This document shows, in pieces, positions 10,032-18,967 of a stretch of 41,115 nt of DNA. Source of the DNA: Candidatus Daviesbacteria bacterium RIFCSPHIGHO2_01_FULL_40_11. GTDB lineage: Bacteria > Patescibacteriota > Microgenomatia > Daviesbacterales > UBA10151. The number at the start of each line of letters is the position of its first letter. Positions within the stretch are counted from its first letter, which is position 1. The stretch covers positions 12,552 through 53,666 of the forward strand of contig MFCP01000040.1 in assembly GCA_001776635.1 (NCBI GenBank), written 5' to 3'. The notes under the pieces are model-generated. The model saw only the letters and a list, made by a program, of their open reading frames with translations. It was not told where the DNA came from and ran no database searches. The translations under genes were made by a program, and so were the position numbers.

Positions 10032-10871
10032 ATGGAAGTAGAAGAAGTATCACCTAAATTAACAGAAACCTTTCAAGAAGGTTATATGCAAGTTGTTGAC
10101 AGATCCCCAGAAAATCCTAAATCAGAAATACCGGTGATTCTATCTCCGGGTTGGAGTGAAAATCCTAAAGTGTTTAAGGATGCTATTCAGGTGTTTTTAA
10201 ATTCCGGACGCCGAGTGATAGCCTTTAACTTTCCCGGGATCAGAAATAGCACCCGGGAAACTAGTTATCCTAATCTTGAAGTAGGTAAAGCTGAGACCAT
10301 ATTAGAATTAATGCGAACCAAAGGTATTAAAAAAGCCGATGTAGTTTGCCATTCGGAAGGATCGATCGGACCAATCATTGCAGCCTCACTTGAACCGGAC
10401 AAATTCAGAAATCTGATCCTGGTAGGACCGGCAGGTTTTATAGGAAAAGATAGCTTCCCTAAACTAGCAGGAAGGTTTTCTGTAAAGACACTAACCGATC
10501 CACATAGACTTTTAGGAGGCGACAAACCAATGAGACCTTTTTTCCGTTATTTGAAAGAAGGTATCAAATTCGCTTTTCGCCACCCTATCCAAGGCCTAGA
10601 AGAAGCTATGGCTATTTCTCAAGTCCAATTGGAAGACACACTGCAGGAATTACACAACAACGGCGTCGGTATTGCCATTGTCAGTGGTGTTAATGACCCG
10701 GTATTCCCCATGAAAAGATTGCAAAAAATCGTTAAAAGAAACATGATTGATGGATTTGTCTCAGTTGCCGGAGGCCATGATGAAATTCATCTTCAGCCCA
10801 AATACGCCAGAGCTGCGGAACAGTTAATAACAAATTTGGAGAATAAGCAGAAAAATAATCCTACTAGTTAA
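10032..10871 (+). CDS. Alpha/beta-fold hydrolase
   Basis: ILSPGW oxyanion region, CHSEG nucleophile elbow, GVNDPVFP, GGHD. Confidence 0.85.
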   Translation: MEVEEVSPKLTETFQEGYMQVVDRSPENPKSEIPVILSPGWSENPKVFKDAIQVFLNSGRRVIAFNFPGIRNSTRETSYPNLEVGKAETILELMRTKGIKKADVVCHSEGSIGPIIAASLEPDKFRNLILVGPAGFIGKDSFPKLAGRFSVKTLTDPHRLLGGDKPMRPFFRYLKEGIKFAFRHPIQGLEEAMAISQVQLEDTLQELHNNGVGIAIVSGVNDPVFPMKRLQKIVKRNMIDGFVSVAGGHDEIHLQPKYARAAEQLITNLENKQKNNPTS

Positions 10872-12471
10872 CAGAGTCGGAATTGAAGATTTCGGCAGCT
10901 GCCCTGATAATTTCATCATCGGAAGCAACTTCAATATTGGCAATATCTTCTTTTCTTTCCGGGCGATTTCCTAACACTGTAGATATTTTGATATTTCTTC
11001 CTAGAATATCGGAGAGGATTGATTCTAAAAGAACTTTATTTTTAGGAGCTTCCAATATTCGCTGATGGAAAGAATATGGAACCTTCATGATTACAGTCGT
11101 TTCGTTGCATTCTACAACATTGATAGACCGAAGGAGTGCTTCCAAGGAAAAATTAAAAGGCCGAATAGTTTCCAATACAAAAGTCCATTTCTCTTTGATT
11201 TTTAAGATATCGTTGTTGGACGATGGATCATGGATGGTAGAAGGTAGATCTTCCACTACTATCTTCGATTTTCCATCATCTACCGTCTCTACCTTGTCAT
11301 TCTGAACGATTAGTGAAGGATCTTCCGAGCTTGGAAGACCTGTCTCGAGCGGAGTCGAGAGATTCCTCGTTTCACTTGGAATGACGGGGGTAGGACTGCA
11401 TATTTCCACAATCGCCAGTTCCAGCGGGAGTGAAGGAATGGGCGCAAATTTTAATTTTTCTATAGCTTTTTGTAGAATATCCAATAATCTTACTAACTCC
11501 TGATTAGACAAACGATCCGACAACGCCATAACTTCTTCGTATTTATCTTCCGTAAATTGAGGTTTTACTAATTCTTCTCCCAATCCATTTTTAATAAATA
11601 CCAAACTTCTTAAGATATCCATTAAAGATAACATTAACTCGCGCGTATCAACCCCATTCCCCATCTGTTTTGAAATATTCAATAAACTCTTGCTGGTATT
11701 TCTCTCGGAAAGACTTTCTAAAAGATCCCGGAGATCGTCAAATTGTGTTGATCTTAAATTTTCTTCCAAAGATTTGGCTGTAATTTTTTCTTCTTTAATA
11801 CTTACTTGATCCAAGAGCTTAACCCCGTCTCGAAAACTGCCTTCAGCTCTTTTTATCAAGATCTTCAGCGCTTCCGGTTCGATATCAATCTTTTCCTTTT
11901 TGATAATTTTTGAAAGCTCCTCCGAAATCTCATCCGGTCTCGCTAACTTAAAATCTAATCTTTGAACTCTTGACAAAATGGTCTGCGGAATCTTCCCAAT
12001 TTCGGTCGTTGCCAAAATGAATAAAGCATGTTTCGGAGGCTCTTCCAACGTCTTAAGTAATGCATTAAAAGCCTCCATAGTTAACATATGAACTTCATCA
12101 ATTATGTAGACCTTTTTCCTGGCACTAGTTGGAGAAAGCTTAATTTTATCCCGCAGCGATCTAATGTCCTCTATGCCTCGGTGTGATGCGGCATCGATTT
12201 CGATAAGGTCTAGATTTGATCCATCTGTGATCGATAAACAATTATTACACTTATTGCAAGGTGCATTATCCAAAATCTCGCAATTAACCATCTTTGCCAG
12301 AATCCGAGCCGTTGATGTTTTACCCGTTCCCCGGGGACCAACGAAAAGATAGGCATGTGATAGTCTGTTTTCCTGGAAAGATGAAAGAAGTGTTTTTTTT
12401 ACAGCCTCTTGACCTACAAGCTCCAAAAGGGTTTGCGGACGATACTTTAAATAAAAGGCTTTGTTTTCCAT
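10864..12471 (-). CDS. dnaX: DNA polymerase III subunit gamma/tau
   Basis: KYRPQ, GPRGTGKT, C4 zinc module, IIDEVHML, NALLKTLEEPP. Confidence 0.97.
   Translation of the reverse strand: MENKAFYLKYRPQTLLELVGQEAVKKTLLSSFQENRLSHAYLFVGPRGTGKTSTARILAKMVNCEILDNAPCNKCNNCLSITDGSNLDLIEIDAASHRGIEDIRSLRDKIKLSPTSARKKVYIIDEVHMLTMEAFNALLKTLEEPPKHALFILATTEIGKIPQTILSRVQRLDFKLARPDEISEELSKIIKKEKIDIEPEALKILIKRAEGSFRDGVKLLDQVSIKEEKITAKSLEENLRSTQFDDLRDLLESLSERNTSKSLLNISKQMGNGVDTRELMLSLMDILRSLVFIKNGLGEELVKPQFTEDKYEEVMALSDRLSNQELVRLLDILQKAIEKLKFAPIPSLPLELAIVEICSPTPVIPSETRNLSTPLETGLPSSEDPSLIVQNDKVETVDDGKSKIVVEDLPSTIHDPSSNNDILKIKEKWTFVLETIRPFNFSLEALLRSINVVECNETTVIMKVPYSFHQRILEAPKNKVLLESILSDILGRNIKISTVLGNRPERKEDIANIEVASDDEIIRAAAEIFNSDSVN
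11217..11290. repeat. Inverted pair of heptamer arrays in frame within the dnaX linker
   Basis: + strand: tggacga tggatca tggatgg tagaagg tagatct; opposite strand: agacggt agatgat ggaaaat cgaagat. Encodes TVDDGKSKIV...LPSTIHDPSS. Confidence 0.7.
11296..11385. repeat. REP-like palindromic element in frame within dnaX
   Basis: Arms GTCATTCTGAACGATTAGTGAAGGATCT / AGATTCCTCGTTTCACTTGGAATGAC enclosing hairpins TCTTCC-N6-GGAAGA and TCTCGA-GCGGAG-TCGAGA; 90 nt. Confidence 0.8.
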
Positions 12472-12884
12472 TAGTTATGATTAAACCCCAAAAGGTGATT
12501 CAAACCATGCTCTACCAAATTCCTAATCTCTTCATCAACTGAAATCCCATCAAGTGAGGCATCCTCTACGGCTTGCGGGTATGAAATAACAATATCACCG
12601 AGCCGAAGCCATTTATCGGGAGAGGCCACAAAACCGACTTTGGGAATATGTCGCAAGCTGACAGGATTTGGATCTTCTAAAGCAAAGGATAAAATATTCG
12701 TGGTAGAATCTAAACCACGATACTTTCGATTAAGCTCATGCATTTTTCTATCGCCCACAATATTGATCCCCAGTTCGATGCGCCCGGAAATGCGAAGCTT
12801 CTTAAGCATTTCCGAAACTGTAGCCCTTATGCTGGCTTTATTGATATTATATCTTGGATCAGAACTTACAATAATATTAACCAT
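12471..12884 (-). CDS. ybeY: rRNA maturation endoribonuclease YbeY (start reassigned to MVNIIV)
   Basis: LNRKYRG...TNILSF, LGDIVIS, HGLNHLLGFNH zinc motif; the 12929 start would overlap yqeY. Confidence 0.92.
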   Translation of the reverse strand: MVNIIVSSDPRYNINKASIRATVSEMLKKLRISGRIELGINIVGDRKMHELNRKYRGLDSTTNILSFALEDPNPVSLRHIPKVGFVASPDKWLRLGDIVISYPQAVEDASLDGISVDEEIRNLVEHGLNHLLGFNHN

Positions 12885-12885
12885 G

Positions 12886-13329
12886 CTATTTAGATAACTT
12901 CTCTTTAACCATCGCAGATACCATTCCACCGTCTGCTCTTCCTTTTACCTCACTCATCACCACCCCCATCACTTTCCCCATATCAGCAATTGTTGTAGCC
13001 CCCAATTCATTTATAGTATCTAGAACTATTTTAGTCAATTCCTCATTTGAAAGCTTCGATGGTAAATACCCTTCCAGAATCTTCAGTTCGGCTTCCTCTT
13101 TCAGGGCTGCTTCTTCTCTGTCACCTGATCTAAATGCGGCAGTTGCTTCCTTTCTTTTTTTTGCTTCGCGTTGGAGAACTAAAATTACATCCTGGTCAGA
13201 AACTTTAGCACCCTTTTGAATCTGGGCATTGTGAATTTCTGATAACAAGAGTCGCAAGGTGGAAACTTTTATCTCATCACGAGCCAACTGAGCATTTTTC
13301 AAATCAGTTTGAATTTGATCCAGTAACAT
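12886..13329 (-). CDS. yqeY: GatB/YqeY domain protein
   Basis: KKRKEA...F, YLP..LS, DMGKVMG, GRADG; follows rpsU. Confidence 0.92.
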   Translation of the reverse strand: MLLDQIQTDLKNAQLARDEIKVSTLRLLLSEIHNAQIQKGAKVSDQDVILVLQREAKKRKEATAAFRSGDREEAALKEEAELKILEGYLPSKLSNEELTKIVLDTINELGATTIADMGKVMGVVMSEVKGRADGGMVSAMVKEKLSK

Positions 13330-13337
13330 AAAAGGGG

Positions 13338-13535
13338 TTATCTGCCGTATCTTTTTGCCCGCATGATTTTTCTGCGCTTTTCCGCTAAATATTCTTGACG
13401 GATTTCAGATGGTTTCCTATAAACAGATCTTTCCCTAATTTCTTGAACTATTCCCTCTGCTACAGCTTTTTTTTGAAATTTTCTAATGACTGAATCCGTA
13501 CTATCGCCCGGACCGGCTTTAACTACAATAGACAT
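13338..13535 (-). CDS. rpsU: 30S ribosomal protein S21 (start reassigned to MSIVV)
   Basis: IRKFQKK...GIVQEIRER.VYRKPSE; HIT-rpsU-yqeY synteny; AAGGAGGTG upstream. Confidence 0.88.
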   Translation of the reverse strand: MSIVVKAGPGDSTDSVIRKFQKKAVAEGIVQEIRERSVYRKPSEIRQEYLAEKRRKIMRAKRYGR

Positions 13536-13566
13536 AAGTTTTAAAAAAACACCTCCTTTTTGTTTA

Positions 13567-13902
13567 TCAAACCATCTTTTTCCATTGTCCACCTAAAAGA
13601 TGGAAATGTAAATGGGGCACATGTTGAGCCTTTCCTCCATTTACCACCACCCTGTATGAATCATTTTCCAAATTATTTTCCGTAACTAATTTATTAACAG
13701 CTTCATAAATTTCAGAAAGCAAACTGTCGTGAGAGCGATTTAAATCTTTAATTCCCCCGATATGTTCTTTTGGAACAATCAAAATATGAATATCTGCGGA
13801 TGGATTAATATCTGCAAAAGCAACCAAGTTCTCAGACTCAAGCTCAAAGTCTTTTGGTATCTCACCGTTAATAATTTTACAGAAGATACAATTATCCATC
13901 AC
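13567..13902 (-). CDS. HIT-family nucleotide-binding protein
   Basis: CIFCKI start, HILIVPKEH, HLHFHLLGG triad. Confidence 0.93.
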   Translation of the reverse strand: MMDNCIFCKIINGEIPKDFELESENLVAFADINPSADIHILIVPKEHIGGIKDLNRSHDSLLSEIYEAVNKLVTENNLENDSYRVVVNGGKAQHVPHLHFHLLGGQWKKMV

Positions 13903-15014
13903 CCACCAATCATCTTTTTCAGTAGATCCAAAGTTCTGGTCTGTCGCAAAGCGTGTCTTAGATGTAACCTTGGTTCTTGTGCCTCAAATTGCTGTTTAAC
14001 TTTATTATCCTGGATCTTATCAATTTCTGCTTTTAATTCCTCATCAGAAATTGTCACATTTTCCGCTCTGGCAACTTCTGCCAGTCCTAATTCCATTCTG
14101 ACATTTTTCTCAGCTTGCACTCTCCATTCGTTTTTGAGTTGCTCTAAAGTTTTCCCCTGGCTTTTTAAATAATCCTCAAGCAAGAGTCCCATATCTGCAA
14201 CTCTCCTCTGGAGAGAAACCAGCATCCTGTTTAGCTCATCAGCAATTAATATTTCGGGTAGCTCTACTGTCGTAATTTTCTCCACCTCTTGTAAAATGGC
14301 CTCTTCAAAATCCAATTCATTATTGTAAGAAACATTGGCCTCCAAATCTTTGCGGATTTTATTCTTAAGATCTGCCAGGCTTATAGCACCCATAGCTTTG
14401 GCAAATTCTTCGTTCGGCCCTTCTGCTTGTCCGTTAGTTGGAGCTTGTGTCTGTTGTCCGCCCTGAAAACTAATTGATCCCGATTGAGTCGGGGTTGATC
14501 CGGTTTGTCCCCCGCTAGATTGCTGTTGTCCACTATTTACCGGCTGTATCCCCGGCCTTGATTTCCATCTTTTGAAAAGATCGTCTAAAACTTTCTGTAC
14601 TTCTTCCTCGATGACTGGCTTTGGGGTAGGCCGGCTGACTTTAATAGTTTTATAATTACCGACACTAACCGCCGGTCTATTAGTAATAGTTGCTTTAAAC
14701 TGAAGTTGTTGACCCTTAACAAAAGAAATAAGATCGTACTTTGGATAATCAATGGGGATAATATCTGTACCCTTCAGTGCTTCAATCAGAAAATTGGGCA
14801 TGGCGACTTTTAAAACCTCATCCTGAAGTTTAATTCCTAAGTTTTGTTCAACCATCGCAAGCGGCGCTTGCCCTTTTCTAAAGCCTGAAAGTTCCACATC
14901 GGAAGCTTCTCTCTGCAAAGTCTGATCCCAAGTTGCCTGTAAATCTGTCCAAGGGACAGTAATTGTTACTTCGACTATTGATTTAGGTTGTTTAAGTATA
15001 TTTTTGGTTACCAT
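13899..15014 (-). CDS. tig: Trigger factor lacking FKBP PPIase domain (start reassigned to MVTKN)
   Basis: GFRKGQAP ribosome-binding signature; C-terminal SurA-like helical domain; low-complexity middle region. Confidence 0.88.
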   Translation of the reverse strand: MVTKNILKQPKSIVEVTITVPWTDLQATWDQTLQREASDVELSGFRKGQAPLAMVEQNLGIKLQDEVLKVAMPNFLIEALKGTDIIPIDYPKYDLISFVKGQQLQFKATITNRPAVSVGNYKTIKVSRPTPKPVIEEEVQKVLDDLFKRWKSRPGIQPVNSGQQQSSGGQTGSTPTQSGSISFQGGQQTQAPTNGQAEGPNEEFAKAMGAISLADLKNKIRKDLEANVSYNNELDFEEAILQEVEKITTVELPEILIADELNRMLVSLQRRVADMGLLLEDYLKSQGKTLEQLKNEWRVQAEKNVRMELGLAEVARAENVTISDEELKAEIDKIQDNKVKQQFEAQEPRLHLRHALRQTRTLDLLKKMIGG

Positions 15015-15049
15015 CGTGCAACGTAATTTAACAGAAAATCGGATTAAAA

Positions 15050-16285
15050 TCAATGAGAAAACCGTATAATTTTAAGGAATTCTTCAAAAGAAACAAATTT
15101 GGTCTCCTTTTCTGATCTTTTTTTAATTTCAAGTTTATCACCCGTTTTCTTAGAGATAACCACCCGATATGGAATTCCAATTAAATCACTATCTGCAAAT
15201 TTAGCTCCGGCAGATACTCCCGCTCTATCATCAAACAATACTTCCACTCCCTCTGCTTGAAGTAATTTGTAAATCTTCCCAGCATTATTCAAAACTTCCT
15301 TATTTTCCAGATCAAAACCCACTAGATGAACTTGAAATGGCGCTACGCTCTCCGGCCAAATGATTCCCTTATCATCATGATAAATTTCTACAATTGCTCC
15401 CATTGTTCTGGAAATTCCCAATCCATAACAGCCGGCGGAAACGATTCTCCTCTCTCCATCTTTATCTGTAAAACTTAGATCAAAAACTTCTGCATAGGCA
15501 CGTTTAAGCGGAAAGATATTTCCCACTTCAATTGCCTTTTCCTCTTTTAAATCCCCTCCGCACTCAGGACATTTTTTATTTTCTACAATCTCTTTATTAA
15601 TTGCAGCACTACATTTTTGACAGACAAAAATTATATCCTCACCGAAAGGAGTCAGAACTTGGAATTCTTCCGAAAGATCGGAAAAGGTCCCACCCGAGGC
15701 TTTAGTCACTAGCGCCGGTATTCCTAAATCTTTAAAAATTTTTACGTAAGCATCTCTTGCCTGTTTGTAATATTCGTTTCTTTCTTCATCAGTGGTATGG
15801 AATGCATAAAGATCTTTCATAATAAACTCTCTAGTGCGCAACAAACCTGCTTTAGCCCGCGGCTCATCACGGAACTTAGTCTGGATTTGGTACAAATAAA
15901 GCGGCAGGTCTTTGTATGACTTGATATGTTCGGCAAGCAAAGGATAGATAATTTCTTCATGCGTCGGCCCTAGCACCAAATCTTTATTTCCTGCGCCCTT
16001 TAACTTAAACAAAGTGTCAAAACTTTTAAACCTGCCAGTTTTCTTCCAATTTTCGCCAGGATGTAGAACCGGCATGAGCATCTCCTGCCCACCGATTTTA
16101 TTCATTTCAACTCTCACAATATTGGAAATTTTTTCGATGACTTGCCAACCTAAAGGCAAATAGGTGTAGACCCCTGCTATTTCCTGATGGATAAACCCAG
16201 CACGAACAAGAAGCTGATGGTTTAACGACTGCGCTCCGCTTGGAACTTGTTTTAATGTCTTAGGAAAAAGCTTTGAATAAAGCAT
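15050..16285 (-). CDS. proS: Proline--tRNA ligase, short form without INS editing domain
   Basis: LGPTHEE, KFRDEPRAKAGLLRTREFIMKDLY, IEVGNIF, GCYGLG, DSDLIGIP; 411 aa. Confidence 0.95.
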   Translation of the reverse strand: MLYSKLFPKTLKQVPSGAQSLNHQLLVRAGFIHQEIAGVYTYLPLGWQVIEKISNIVRVEMNKIGGQEMLMPVLHPGENWKKTGRFKSFDTLFKLKGAGNKDLVLGPTHEEIIYPLLAEHIKSYKDLPLYLYQIQTKFRDEPRAKAGLLRTREFIMKDLYAFHTTDEERNEYYKQARDAYVKIFKDLGIPALVTKASGGTFSDLSEEFQVLTPFGEDIIFVCQKCSAAINKEIVENKKCPECGGDLKEEKAIEVGNIFPLKRAYAEVFDLSFTDKDGERRIVSAGCYGLGISRTMGAIVEIYHDDKGIIWPESVAPFQVHLVGFDLENKEVLNNAGKIYKLLQAEGVEVLFDDRAGVSAGAKFADSDLIGIPYRVVISKKTGDKLEIKKRSEKETKFVSFEEFLKIIRFSH

Positions 16286-16638
16286 TACTTAACCCCTCTT
16301 CCTAATGGTACATCCTTTAAAGTAGTCAGCGCAATCCAGTTGCTCGAGTCTTCGGTTCCGTCATCCGGTCCTAGTGTTAAAACCTCTGAAGTAAAAGGAC
16401 CAATTTGTTTTGGAGGAAAGTTTACTACACAAACAACTTGTTTCCCTAATAATTCTTCTTTTGTTTGGTTTTTGATAAACTGTCCGCTGGATCTTTTAAT
16501 GCCAATTTCCTGGCCGAAATCTATAGTTAATTTATATGCGGGCTTACGGGCTTCCGGAAAATCTTCGACCTTAATAACTCTTCCCACTCTAATATCAACC
16601 TTATCAAAATCTTTATAACTTATTTGTGGTTTCATCAT
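16285..16638 (-). CDS. csaA: CsaA/tRNA-binding OB-fold protein
   Basis: DFDKVDIRVG, FPEARKPAYKL, VVNFPPKQIG, SEVLTLG. Confidence 0.9.
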   Translation of the reverse strand: MMKPQISYKDFDKVDIRVGRVIKVEDFPEARKPAYKLTIDFGQEIGIKRSSGQFIKNQTKEELLGKQVVCVVNFPPKQIGPFTSEVLTLGPDDGTEDSSNWIALTTLKDVPLGRGVK

Positions 16639-16709
16639 TAAAAAATTATATCATCCTTTTCATTTTTCCCACGGCCGGAGGAGAATTTGAATAAAAAGTT
16701 AATTTTAGT

Positions 16710-17807
16710 TTAAGGTAGTAGCTTCCGGATATCCGAAAATGTAATAAGAAGAACCAGAGCGAGCAGAATTATAAAACCAACCTGGTGTACCATCCTTTCA
16801 ACATCTTCCCTAACCTTTTTTCTGGTTACCGCCTCAATGACCAAAAATAGTAACCTTCCCCCATCCAAAGCAGGTACTGGCAAAACATTAAATATAGCGA
16901 GCGTTAAAGAGATAACTCCCACAAACCAAACATAAGGCAGAACCGCTGCCCAGCCCGAAGATAAAATATCATTTGTCACCACAGCCAATCCTACCGGTCC
17001 TGCCACGGATTTTGAAATTTGTCCAAAATTTCCATAAAAAAGTTCACGCAAAATACCACCTAACCCGGCAAAAGTGACTCTTGTTATATCCCAAGAATAG
17101 CTGATGCCGGAAAATGTTTTTTCGGTAAAACTTGTGTATTCCCTGAAAGGAATCGGACTGAATATTACTCCTATTAATACATCACCGCTTGCCGTCTTTT
17201 TGGGGGTTACCTCAACCTGTCTAGAACTATTTCCATCACTATCAGTAAGGGTCAAGATCAAGGGTTTTTCGTCTTTAGACCTGATAAGATTCCTTGCTTG
17301 TTCAATGTCCTTAGGTTCTTGATTATCAACAGCAACTAATTTATCTCCTACCTTTATCCCTGCTTTTTGTGCCGGGAAGTCGTTTTCTACCTTCGCAATA
17401 TATACTGCCGGCGAAAGCATGGGATAAATGATTTTAAAATTTTGCGAAATTATGACGGCGTAGAAAAGCACCCAAGCCAGAATCAAATTCATAGTCACTC
17501 CTGCCACCACAACTATGATTCTCTGGCTTACCGGCTTGGTCCTAAAATCCCTGTTTTGTTTTTCTTTGTTCACAGTCACTGTATCCACTTCATCTTCTCC
17601 CATAAGTTTGACAAATCCCCCAAAGGGTAACCAATTTATGGAATAGATCGTCTCTCCAATTTTTTTACCCCAAATTCTCGGAGGGATACCAAACCCAAAC
17701 TCCTCTACCTTAATGCCGAATCTTTTGGCCATGATAAAGTGTCCAAATTCATGGATCAGGACTAAGAGTAATAGTGTAGCGATGAAAATAAGGATAGATA
17801 CAACCAT
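16710..17807 (-). CDS. rseP: Site-2 (M50) intramembrane protease RseP with PDZ domain
   Basis: HEFGH, LPFGGFV, PAQKAGIKVGD, NVLPVPALDGG. Confidence 0.95.
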   Translation of the reverse strand: MVVSILIFIATLLLLVLIHEFGHFIMAKRFGIKVEEFGFGIPPRIWGKKIGETIYSINWLPFGGFVKLMGEDEVDTVTVNKEKQNRDFRTKPVSQRIIVVVAGVTMNLILAWVLFYAVIISQNFKIIYPMLSPAVYIAKVENDFPAQKAGIKVGDKLVAVDNQEPKDIEQARNLIRSKDEKPLILTLTDSDGNSSRQVEVTPKKTASGDVLIGVIFSPIPFREYTSFTEKTFSGISYSWDITRVTFAGLGGILRELFYGNFGQISKSVAGPVGLAVVTNDILSSGWAAVLPYVWFVGVISLTLAIFNVLPVPALDGGRLLFLVIEAVTRKKVREDVERMVHQVGFIILLALVLLITFSDIRKLLP

Positions 17808-17814
17808 ACTAATT

Positions 17815-17910
17815 AATTTTCAATTTACAATTTTTCAGTTTTCAATGAATTTTCATTGTCACAATGATCAATTGTAAACTCACTGAAAATTGAGAACTGA
17901 CAACTGAGAA
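17815..17910. repeat. Intergenic inverted heptamer-array element (frr-rseP)
   Basis: Left aattttc aatttac aattttt(c) agttttc; right ctgaaaa ttgagaa ctgacaa ctgagaa; arms 17832-17848 and 17880-17896 are near-complementary. Confidence 0.8.
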
Positions 17911-18465
17911 CTAAATTTGTGTCAGCTCTTCTTCCTTAAGCTTACCTAACTGCTCAACCTCTGCAACTTTTTTATCTACCAGCTCCTGCAAAATTTTTTC
18001 TCTCCTGAAGAATTCATCTTCTCCAAACTGACCTTCTTCTTGAGCTTTCTTCCATACATTTCTAAAATCATGTCTAATCTGTCTGATGGAAACATTGGTC
18101 TCTTCCTTTTTTTGATGTAAAAGTTTGATAAATTCTTCCCTTCTTTCCGCACTGAGTGGCGGGATCGGCAAGCGGATTAGGTTACCTTCATTTGAAGGAT
18201 TTAAACCTAAGTTTGATTCCTGGATAGACTTGATTACTTTATCCAAAATAGATACATCCCAAACTTGGACCGTTAAAAGGGTCGGCTGCGGAGCGGAAAT
18301 ATTTCCCACTTCTGAAAGTCTCATTTTAGAACCATATGCTTCAACCGAAATATTTTCTATTAAAGCCGGATTGGCCCTGCCTGCCCTGATCCCTGCAATC
18401 TCCACCTTAAAATGATGCATTGCTGCCTCTATTTTTTGATTAGGTTCAGTTAAGACTGGATCCAT
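17911..18465 (-). CDS. frr: Ribosome recycling factor (start reassigned to MDPV)
   Basis: IRAGRANP, LGLNPSNEG..IRLPIPPLSAERREE. Confidence 0.95.
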   Translation of the reverse strand: MDPVLTEPNQKIEAAMHHFKVEIAGIRAGRANPALIENISVEAYGSKMRLSEVGNISAPQPTLLTVQVWDVSILDKVIKSIQESNLGLNPSNEGNLIRLPIPPLSAERREEFIKLLHQKKEETNVSIRQIRHDFRNVWKKAQEEGQFGEDEFFRREKILQELVDKKVAEVEQLGKLKEEELTQI

Positions 18466-18480
18466 AATTCTTGTAATAGA

Positions 18481-18498
18481 TAGCGAAGTCACGAGCTA
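18481..18498 (+). repeat. Minimal joined-ends copy (D) of the GA-loop element
   Basis: TAGCGAAGTCACGAGCTA = left end AGCGAAGTC fused to right end ACGAGCT of copy B. Confidence 0.65.
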
Positions 18499-18499
18499 G

Positions 18500-18949
18500 C
18501 TACTCTCCCAAAGCTATCCTTTCAAATCTTCCTACTTGTATATTTTCTCCTACTTTTCCAATCACCGTTTTTATCAACTCTTCTACAGTCAAAGAATTAT
18601 CCCTAATATACTCCTGGGACAAAAGTTCTTCAACGCTTGATGGGTTCATTGAGGCAATTTGTAAAGCCAATTCATGAGCTAAATTCTTAAAATCTTCTGT
18701 CCTTGCTACAAAATCTGTTTCACAAAGTACCTCTACCAAAACCCCAACTCTCCCACCATGAGAATAAACTTCCACCATTCCTGCTTTAACTTCCCTTTCA
18801 GCCTTAGAAGAAGCTTTATCAAGACCTTTTTTCTTAAGCCACTGTTTGGCTTTTGCCAAATCCCCATCAGACTCTTTCAAAGCCTCCCGGCAACCAGCAA
18901 TACCAGCCCCAGTTTCTTCTCTTAGTTTTTTAATAAATTCTATATCCAT
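18500..18949 (-). CDS. tsf: Elongation factor Ts, short form (start reassigned to MDIEF)
   Basis: IKKLREETGAG, EVLCETDFVART, GENIQVGRF; AGGAG 5 nt before ATG; 149 aa. Confidence 0.95.
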   Translation of the reverse strand: MDIEFIKKLREETGAGIAGCREALKESDGDLAKAKQWLKKKGLDKASSKAEREVKAGMVEVYSHGGRVGVLVEVLCETDFVARTEDFKNLAHELALQIASMNPSSVEELLSQEYIRDNSLTVEELIKTVIGKVGENIQVGRFERIALGE

Positions 18950-18967
18950 AAAAACTCCTAGTAGGAC

